Virus genome (UHGV): UHGV-1366828
From: a virus
DNA length: 64,000 nucleotides
Reading direction: 5' to 3' (one strand)
In this document: positions 57,464 to 64,000 of the stretch, piece by piece
Numbering within the stretch: position 1 is the stretch's first letter
How the letters are laid out: every line of letters starts with the position of its first letter
The notes under the pieces: model-generated
Told to the model about the DNA's origin: nothing
Seen by the model: only the letters and a program-made list of their open reading frames with translations
Databases searched by the model: none
Translations under genes and position numbers: made by a program

Positions 57464-57910
57464 TTACCATATTCTGTTACTGTAATCGTCCTCTATAACA
57501 TAAAAGTCTTTTCTATTTGTAACTGTTTTTAATACAAGATTACCAGAGCTGTCTTTTACTTTAACTCTGATCTGATATTTGTATTGTCCAGGGAAGATTT
57601 TCATTGTGTCTTCCTCAGTTAATGTGACAATAATATTTCCTTTATCGTCAATGTTATTTAGTACTTTTGTAGTAGAGGCTTTATCATTACTAAACTCTGT
57701 AATAACACTCCCGTCAGTACTAAATGTCTTTTTCATTACAAATTCATAGTTAATGGAATTAGGAATGAAAATATAGAAAAACAGCATACAACCGTCGTTT
57801 TTCTCAAACTTGTATGCTGTTTCACTATTGTCGACATAAACAGGAAATGTATAACTGAAATCGTCTCCGCGACTCAAATATATATTCTTGTGTTGGTCAA
57901 CTCTATACAT
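57464..57910 (-). CDS. hypothetical beta-rich protein (148 aa) upstream of the terminase
   Basis: ORF only; does not look like a helical TerS. Confidence 0.35.
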   Translation of the reverse strand: MYRVDQHKNIYLSRGDDFSYTFPVYVDNSETAYKFEKNDGCMLFFYIFIPNSINYEFVMKKTFSTDGSVITEFSNDKASTTKVLNNIDDKGNIIVTLTEEDTMKIFPGQYKYQIRVKVKDSSGNLVLKTVTNRKDFYVIEDDYSNRIW

Positions 57911-57918
57911 ATTGCACC

Positions 57919-59061
57919 TTATTCTTCGTCTGGAAGATTATCTAGAACTTTTTCCGCCTCTTCCATAGTGTATCCTTCTGGAATGTAGATGGTGCAAGCA
58001 AACGCTTGGTTCTTATTCCGAGTGCTTCCGAGACCAACTTTGAACTTAAGCCCATATGCTTCAGCAACATTGATTGCATTCTGAAGTTTGTCTTTTACAG
58101 GAGCATATACAGTAATGTTGCCATCTGCGTCGGTTGACAGGGCATTATATGTGTATCTCTGAGAAGCTTTCTTATTCACACGATTTTTAGATCCGTCAGT
58201 GTCTTTCTCTAGTTCATTGTAAATAATTCCCCAGAGTGAACTATTCATTTCATCTTCGTCGCGTTTCTGTTCAGGAGTCAGAACTTCTCTATTCTTACGA
58301 CCATCTTCGTTGAGAGCTTCTTCAACCTTTTCATCAACAACGGAGTCCATGATGTGTTCCTTTACTTCGTTGATGCCCTGGATAGCGTCGTCATATGTAT
58401 TGTACTTCTGCATGAAGATTCTTTGTGGATTGGGGTTACCTGTATCTTCTGTAACATCAACCCAGATGTAATCAGGAGTTTCAACAGAGCCTCTAGGAGA
58501 AATTACAAAAGTGTACTGTTTGTTGTTAAAATCTCGAATAGTGTGCAGAGCGGTCTTTCGGTTTTTAATTTTTTCTACAAGATCTGCAGGATCAAACTCT
58601 TCAAGTGTTCCGTTGATAAACGTAAACTGTCCCGCTTCAGTAAGCTGCTCGTCAAGTTCTGTTATAGCGTCTGCGGAATCAATGAGCTCATTTGCAAGGT
58701 CTTTCACTATATCAGCTAATTCCTCATAAGTTTCTGCTCCGTGAGTAGCGTAGCTACCTCTAACACAGTTGTCAATTTCGTACTTAACATCAGCCAGTTT
58801 TTCTAAAACCTGTACTAGGTCAGAGTCTTCTAGATCCCATCCATCGCTATCGTAGTCTTCAGTAAGCCCTTTGTTTTCCTCAATCTTATCGTCTTTTGTC
58901 CCAAGAACGGGCTTTTCCATAGGTTCGGTTTCTTTCTCGAAGTTCTTTTGTGTTTTCTTTGACATTGCAACAGCATCTCCCATAATAGGATTCAAGGAGG
59001 TAACTTTATTTTCAGCTTCGTCAAAGTTGTTAATATTTTCAGTAAGTTTTCTAATTTTCAT
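57919..59061 (-). CDS. hypothetical acidic protein (380 aa)
   Basis: ORF only. Confidence 0.35.
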   Translation of the reverse strand: MKIRKLTENINNFDEAENKVTSLNPIMGDAVAMSKKTQKNFEKETEPMEKPVLGTKDDKIEENKGLTEDYDSDGWDLEDSDLVQVLEKLADVKYEIDNCVRGSYATHGAETYEELADIVKDLANELIDSADAITELDEQLTEAGQFTFINGTLEEFDPADLVEKIKNRKTALHTIRDFNNKQYTFVISPRGSVETPDYIWVDVTEDTGNPNPQRIFMQKYNTYDDAIQGINEVKEHIMDSVVDEKVEEALNEDGRKNREVLTPEQKRDEDEMNSSLWGIIYNELEKDTDGSKNRVNKKASQRYTYNALSTDADGNITVYAPVKDKLQNAINVAEAYGLKFKVGLGSTRNKNQAFACTIYIPEGYTMEEAEKVLDNLPDEE

Positions 59062-59073
59062 TACACGTTCCCC

Positions 59074-60027
59074 TTAAGAAAAATACATATTATATTCATT
59101 TCGAGGAGTTTCTCCTCCCTCATACACGCTGTAAACGAACATACTGTTCTCTACTCTTACTCCATCTAGCTCCCAAGGAACTGTCCAGCTCTTGGCTCCA
59201 GGAGCATAATCTTGCGGAGGTCCCATGACAGTAACGTCAACACCTTCGTCAGCAAGTTCCCCAAACATCTTGCCGATGGCAGCAGGATCTTGCCAACCGT
59301 TGTATCGGTTAACAATGGAGTTCAGTTTACGACGAATACGTTCATTTATTTTGCCCGTACGCTCTAAATTGTTATGCTCTTTCTCAGTTAGCTCTTCATT
59401 TACAACGTTCAGCTGTTGAGCTGCTTCAGACTCCCCTGCTGCAATATTCTCAACATTAGGAGAAAGCATAGCAAGAGCAGCTTGAAGTCTACCAATATGA
59501 TTGTTAATGTCAGCAACAATGTCTTTTGCCAGATTAGCAATATTGGGTTGATTATTTGCATCGGCGTTTACAATAAGGTCGGTGTAGGCGCTGTTCATAC
59601 CCCAATTCTGAATAATCAAATTGTTAATAAGGCCTGCTACTCCTGCATCGGGACCCGCTGTAACAGTTTCTTTACTAGGCTCTACATCTGCAACAATTTC
59701 AATTTCTTCAGATGGGAGAACATCGTTGATGTCTTCTAAAACAGTATTGACGCATTCGTCAAGGTCTTCGTCTTCGAAACCATTATAGTTGTTGTACCAC
59801 TCAGTTGCTTCGTCGTTAGTGTCACAAGTCCAGTCAGCATTGTATGGATCGGGTCCGTACACATCTTCATCACCGAATATAAAGAAATAATTATCCTCAT
59901 CGGGATTATAGTACATCGTATAATCCGTATAAAATCCGTCGCTGTCCATTACTTGTTTGGAAATTATTCTCTGATACTTACCGGTGTCGAAAGTTTCTTC
60001 CAAAATCATTACTGTTGTTCCTCCCAC
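59074..60027 (-). CDS. hypothetical acidic protein (317 aa)
   Basis: ORF only. Confidence 0.35.
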   Translation of the reverse strand: MGGTTVMILEETFDTGKYQRIISKQVMDSDGFYTDYTMYYNPDEDNYFFIFGDEDVYGPDPYNADWTCDTNDEATEWYNNYNGFEDEDLDECVNTVLEDINDVLPSEEIEIVADVEPSKETVTAGPDAGVAGLINNLIIQNWGMNSAYTDLIVNADANNQPNIANLAKDIVADINNHIGRLQAALAMLSPNVENIAAGESEAAQQLNVVNEELTEKEHNNLERTGKINERIRRKLNSIVNRYNGWQDPAAIGKMFGELADEGVDVTVMGPPQDYAPGAKSWTVPWELDGVRVENSMFVYSVYEGGETPRNEYNMYFS

Positions 60028-61310
60028 GCTTTAATTGCTGCGTCAAATGTAGTCTTTAGCTTTTCGTACAAACGAATAAATTCATCTGTTTCCCAATCTT
60101 CAAGTCTCGGGGCAAGACGTTTGTCAACTTCATATAGACGTTTATAGTCAGACAGAAGATTCTGTGCACTTTCAACGGAGTCAACAGCGACTGAAAATTG
60201 TGTGTCGTCCATCCAATCTTCCCAGTTCTGATAGATATATCCGTCAGGAAAATCCCACTCCATGGAATTTGCAAAGTCAAGGAACTCTATCACTGCCTTC
60301 TTCAGTTTGTTGAACAACTGGTCTGTATAATCTTCTTTAAGATTCTCGTCCTTCTGTTTGTACTTTCCATTAAGGTAAGCGGAAATAATCTCAGGGTCAT
60401 TTGTAGAATTTACTACTTTACGAAGTTCCTCTTTCTCATCCGGCGTCATGTTGGGAGTGACTGCTTCAAAAAGATTTCTTAAGTCAAGGTAATTTCCGTT
60501 GTCCAAACAAGCTTCATCCATACGACTTAACTTCTGTCTTACTGTAAGGCTTTCCTCATATGTCTCATCAGGAATATCGTATTCAGCATCATATGCTTTC
60601 TGCTCAGCTTGTCTATTACGAGTCTCAGCAAACTCACGCATTACATCTTCAATGTCAGCAGCATCTTGAAGTCTATTAGCAATACGGAAAAGTTGCTGAT
60701 CCGTATATTTATCAAAGTCATAATTCTTTCCGAAAGATCTAATCTTCTGAATAAGATTGGTTCTGTCAGCGTTTTCAGTTTTTGCTTCACATATATTTTT
60801 ACGACTGTAATTTTCGTTCATCATTCCGTCCACCGCATTTACATATTTTCTACCAGAAGTTTCATCGGGGAAATACAGAAACAGACCCGTTGGTGTGTTT
60901 TCTGCAACAAGATGCGCACCAAACATTTCATATTCAACTGCATTTTCTTTTCCTTTATATACAGGCCCAATCTTCTGACCAACTTCTGTCATGTAGTATT
61001 TTGGGTCATACTCGTTGTTACGGTCAAGCATGACGACAAGGTCGTCCATATTTCGTACACGAAGTTTACGAGCAATACGAGCAAACAATTTCAAATCAGC
61101 ATCAAGTTGGTCTTCGGACATATTTGCCATAAGGTCATCTAACATATCAGACATGTATCGAACGTCTTTATGTGCCCAATCTTCCGACATCGCAGTAATA
61201 TTTACATCGTCTCCTGTTGAGTTGTTAAATCGTTCTGCGTTCTTTTCTGGGTCTCCTGCATCAAGTGTTGCAAAATAACTTAAAGCGCCTTTCTTTTTCT
61301 TAACGTTCAT
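60009..61310 (-). CDS. hypothetical protein (433 aa)
   Basis: ORF only. Confidence 0.35.
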   Translation of the reverse strand: MNVKKKKGALSYFATLDAGDPEKNAERFNNSTGDDVNITAMSEDWAHKDVRYMSDMLDDLMANMSEDQLDADLKLFARIARKLRVRNMDDLVVMLDRNNEYDPKYYMTEVGQKIGPVYKGKENAVEYEMFGAHLVAENTPTGLFLYFPDETSGRKYVNAVDGMMNENYSRKNICEAKTENADRTNLIQKIRSFGKNYDFDKYTDQQLFRIANRLQDAADIEDVMREFAETRNRQAEQKAYDAEYDIPDETYEESLTVRQKLSRMDEACLDNGNYLDLRNLFEAVTPNMTPDEKEELRKVVNSTNDPEIISAYLNGKYKQKDENLKEDYTDQLFNKLKKAVIEFLDFANSMEWDFPDGYIYQNWEDWMDDTQFSVAVDSVESAQNLLSDYKRLYEVDKRLAPRLEDWETDEFIRLYEKLKTTFDAAIKAWEEQQ

Positions 61311-61324
61311 TTGTGTCTCCTTAC

Positions 61325-61717
61325 TTAAACAAAGTCTTTATATGACATTCCGGACCCGTTGTCATCACCATAGTCCGCTTCTTCAGTATATTCATCTACT
61401 GCATCATCATAGAAGAAGTCATACGCATCTTCATCGAACAAGTCGGTATTTTCTGCGACACTTTGAACTAGTTCAGAAAATTTTTCTTCTGAGGTTAGTT
61501 CGTCATATCCTTCTGGGAGTCCGTCTACATCTCTTAAAGCATCTTCTAGCTCTGCAACATAGCCTTTGTCATAATAGTCGTTTACTAAATATTTTGCAAA
61601 ACGATAATTATCTTCGATAGAAGGTTCAAATTCATATTCTACTTCACCAGCACCGTCCCAAGAAGGAAATAGCGTATAGTGAATAGTTGTTAAGTTTTCG
61701 TTCAGTTTAAATTTCAT
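61325..61717 (-). CDS. small acidic protein (130 aa), first gene of the long late operon
   Basis: AAGAGG site 8 nt before the ATG; promoter immediately upstream. Confidence 0.4.
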   Translation of the reverse strand: MKFKLNENLTTIHYTLFPSWDGAGEVEYEFEPSIEDNYRFAKYLVNDYYDKGYVAELEDALRDVDGLPEGYDELTSEEKFSELVQSVAENTDLFDEDAYDFFYDDAVDEYTEEADYGDDNGSGMSYKDFV

Positions 61718-61739
61718 ATTTCAATACCTCTTACTTATG

Positions 61740-61790
61740 TATACAATATGTTATAATTTAGCAGAAAATAATACAATATTCAACTGTTAT
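61740..61790 (-). promoter_or_regulatory. sigma70-like promoter (minus strand): -35 TTGAAT, 17-nt spacer, -10 TAAATT
   Basis: Read on the minus strand between the terminator at 61805-61840 and the gene start at 61717. Confidence 0.4.
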
Positions 61791-61804
61791 TTAATTTTAT
61801 TAAA

Positions 61805-61840
61805 TTAAAAACGCCCTCTAATACAGAGAGCGTTCTAATC
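61805..61840 (-). terminator. rho-independent terminator after the lysis cassette
   Basis: Minus-strand ACGCUCUCU-guauu-AGAGGGCGU stem (one mismatch) followed by UUUUUAAUUUAAU. Confidence 0.5.
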
Positions 61841-61854
61841 AGGATAACACGATA

Positions 61855-62166
61855 TTACTCTGTCTTAAGCTGTTTATGAAGTTTAAGTACTTCAGCTTCA
61901 ATCATGTTTTCAAGAGTTTCCATGTCAACTGTGAGACCTTGCTTCTTAAGCATTTCGGTAAGATAGTTAACAACATACTCTTTCTTTGCTTTACCTTCGT
62001 CAGTAGCAAATAGCTGGTCTGCAGCGTGCACAGCAATTTCTACATAGGTCATTACTTTGTTTAGCTTCTCTTGACCAAACTTCTGTTTAAGCAGGGGAAT
62101 AACGAATGTTGCTACAAGGGCATAAATTAGCAGAATTACAAGCTGAAAAATGTTGGTGATGTCCAT
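61855..62166 (-). CDS. holin-like small membrane protein (103 aa; one N-terminal TM then charged tail)
   Basis: IFQLVILLIYALVATFVIPLL hydrophobic segment; adjacent to the endolysin. Confidence 0.45.
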   Translation of the reverse strand: MDITNIFQLVILLIYALVATFVIPLLKQKFGQEKLNKVMTYVEIAVHAADQLFATDEGKAKKEYVVNYLTEMLKKQGLTVDMETLENMIEAEVLKLHKQLKTE

Positions 62167-62189
62167 GATGTTTTCTTCTCCTTAATTTA

Positions 62190-62522
62190 TTATAGATGTT
62201 TTCCTTCATACTTAGGGCGTTGCTGATTAAATTCATTACATTGCTCTTCTATAAGCATTTTTATCTCTAGGTCTGTAATAACAATACTCTTATTTGCCAG
62301 AATCTCTTTTATGGATTCAACCGCCTTTGCGTATTTCTCTGCGCCTAACATTTCTGGGTAGAGTTGTTCTACAGCTCTTACACAAGTTTTAACAGTGTCT
62401 CTCTTTTGTTTTTCTTGGCAGTTTTTCTGATACTTTTTTCCAATCCATGCTCCAACAGCTGTTATAATACCTGTTAGTATGGTGTAAAGTATCTGGTTAC
62501 CATATAATACAAGAAATTGCAT
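62190..62522 (-). CDS. holin/antiholin-like small membrane protein (110 aa)
   Basis: ILYTILTGIITAVGAWIG TM segment then a charged C-terminal region. Confidence 0.45.
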   Translation of the reverse strand: MQFLVLYGNQILYTILTGIITAVGAWIGKKYQKNCQEKQKRDTVKTCVRAVEQLYPEMLGAEKYAKAVESIKEILANKSIVITDLEIKMLIEEQCNEFNQQRPKYEGKHL

Positions 62523-62537
62523 ACTTTGTCCTCTTTA

Positions 62538-63953
62538 TTAAAATGTTCCAGAATCTACCCAACCATAAACTGTTGAACCCTGCCCCGGAACCTTAACTAA
62601 ATGATACGGGTGTTTACCGTTACGGTTAATAGCTGTAATTGTAGCCTTTCCTGGTCTGCATCTAAATCCAAATGCAAATGCTGATGAACTTGTATAGTGT
62701 GTGTTACCCTTAAAATTGACTACATCGCCCACTTCAGCAACTTTTGGAGCAACAGGAGTTGCAGGAGTCGGCGTAGGGGCAGGGGTTACATTTCCGTACT
62801 TTTTTAGGAATGTTTCTCCCATATTGGCTCTTGCCGCTTTCACTGCCTCGGACTGGTTTGCAGGTCGTTCGTAGTTTACTAAAATGAAGTCCGATGCTGC
62901 ACGAACATCTTTTGCATTCTTTATTGTGTCGACTAGACCTTGATAACCTGCCATTTCGGAAACCATAAATTCCAACTGCATCTTCGGGTCGCCAATTGAT
63001 CTGTTATTGGACTTAGCGTAGTTGTATAGTGCTTTCTTCCGTGACCAGTATGTCCACTGTACTAGACCATAGCCAACAGCATCGTTAACAAAGTTTGTGT
63101 ACGTACCATTGTCTACGCTTTCAGTATATGTCTTGTCGTTGTACCCCAAAGCTGCTTCGTAGGAATTCTGCATATTATTTGCTTGTAAAGCACTTTCTGC
63201 ATAAAGGTTTCCCATGATTGCAGCTACACCATACGGATTGTTGTAAACAGACATTAGGTAGTCCCACATCTGTTTTTCTGTCATTGCAGTTGTATTTCCA
63301 ACCGGAACAGCAGGAATAATATTCGATACATCGGTTGTTGTAGAACCTTCTGCAAGTACAATGTCCTTGATGTTAATCGGTGACATGATGCTGTTTGTAC
63401 CGCTTGCATTCTTATCGATAACTACGCGGTCACCGTTTATAGCTAATACAACCCAGACGTCATTCTTTACAAAATCAGGAATAAATCCTCCAGTGTACCA
63501 GGTATTTCCAATAACTTTAACTTTACTTCCAACCTGAATATTCGTGTTAGGAACAGTTATTGAAGGTGCGGCAGGAACACTTGTAGCAGCATCATCATAT
63601 TTCGGAAGTCCATATCCTCTAATATATCTGCTGTTAACTTGTCTGTTGGTAAATGCAACTGAATTATTGCAGTTTCCTTCAATAATTGTCATGTTCGTTC
63701 CCACAACAGAATAAACAATTCCTACGTGGTCAGCTACTCCTGTATTGTCTCCAAAGCCAGAATCTTGCCAATCATAGAAGATAATATCTCCTGGCTTTGG
63801 AGTATACGAATCATCTTCCATCCAACGGTTATGTTGCTGGAATAGTTGGATCATTCTAGGACAACTACATTCTGGGTAGATAATATCAGTGGCTCCGACC
63901 TTTTGTGCCACAGCAGATACAAATGTTGCACACCAAGGGTCAGTGTACGTCAT
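62538..63953 (-). CDS. endolysin (471 aa): CHAP peptidase + SH3-like + lysozyme-like domain + C-terminal SH3-like binding domain
   Basis: CHAP Cys/His (DPWCATFVS ... DHVGIVYS); AAIMGNLYAESALQANNMQNSYEAALGYND...GYGLVQWTYWSRKKALYNYAKSNN...NYERPA is paralogous to the hub-protein domain. The reading frame stays open to the window edge, so the N-terminus could extend further. Confidence 0.65.
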   Translation of the reverse strand: MTYTDPWCATFVSAVAQKVGATDIIYPECSCPRMIQLFQQHNRWMEDDSYTPKPGDIIFYDWQDSGFGDNTGVADHVGIVYSVVGTNMTIIEGNCNNSVAFTNRQVNSRYIRGYGLPKYDDAATSVPAAPSITVPNTNIQVGSKVKVIGNTWYTGGFIPDFVKNDVWVVLAINGDRVVIDKNASGTNSIMSPINIKDIVLAEGSTTTDVSNIIPAVPVGNTTAMTEKQMWDYLMSVYNNPYGVAAIMGNLYAESALQANNMQNSYEAALGYNDKTYTESVDNGTYTNFVNDAVGYGLVQWTYWSRKKALYNYAKSNNRSIGDPKMQLEFMVSEMAGYQGLVDTIKNAKDVRAASDFILVNYERPANQSEAVKAARANMGETFLKKYGNVTPAPTPTPATPVAPKVAEVGDVVNFKGNTHYTSSSAFAFGFRCRPGKATITAINRNGKHPYHLVKVPGQGSTVYGWVDSGTF

Positions 63954-64000
63954 TCTATAGCCTGCAGGTAACGGGGTTATAGTATTATAAGTATCAATTA

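Noticed and set aside
1116-61620. Numerous 60-190-aa plus-strand ORFs (e.g. 11493-12062, 47548-48174, 60609-61142).
   Set aside because: Every one is fully embedded antisense within a long, well-supported minus-strand gene. None has a convincing ribosome-binding site. They look like chance reading frames in AT-rich DNA.

Overview
This window is a tailed-phage genome segment of about 64 kb, almost entirely transcribed right-to-left (minus strand) and packed with structural, lysis and DNA-processing genes. Low GC and clear Shine-Dalgarno sites (AAGGAG/AGAGG) suggest a Firmicutes-type host. I could not run any database search; every call rests on reading the sequence and on recalled family signatures.

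Gene order, reading from the right edge leftwards:
- Lysis cassette: a CHAP + lysozyme-like endolysin followed by two small single-TM proteins that look like a holin/antiholin pair, then a terminator and a promoter.
- Five acidic proteins of unknown function.
- Large terminase, physically split in two at its Walker B motif by what looks like a naturally split intein of the DnaE type.
- Portal, then three small genes, then a prohead protease-scaffold fusion.
- A T4 gp23-like major capsid gene broken into two exons by a 995-nt group I intron. The intron carries a GIY-YIG/NUMOD3 homing endonuclease gene, and its P, Q, R, S core elements and P1 pairing are visible.
- Two tandem paralogous endonuclease-like genes.
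- An accessory island: QueH-like epoxyqueuosine reductase, HNH nuclease, Pol-beta nucleotidyltransferase, SAM methyltransferase, SWIM zinc-finger protein.
- A myovirus tail module: fibers, sheath, tube, a chaperone with a candidate +1 frameshift extension, tape measure, a LysM protein, a hub carrying lysozyme + CHAP domains, a 1659-aa collagen-like fiber, a gp25/W-like wedge, and a 1524-aa baseplate protein.
- A terminator, an AT-rich region with 3 x 14-bp direct repeats, and a sigma70-like promoter.
- Two small genes, then an SNF2-family helicase (partial at the window edge) whose P-loop (GLGK|T) is interrupted by a 401-aa LAGLIDADG intein.

The ORF track omits the helicase because its 3' end lies outside the window. 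I saw no CRISPR array, no rRNA and no convincing tRNA.

The most notable point is how many self-splicing and homing elements share one late region: a split intein in the terminase, a group I intron in the capsid gene, a full intein in the helicase, plus HNH and free-standing endonuclease-like genes. A phage-borne queuosine-pathway reductase sits among them.
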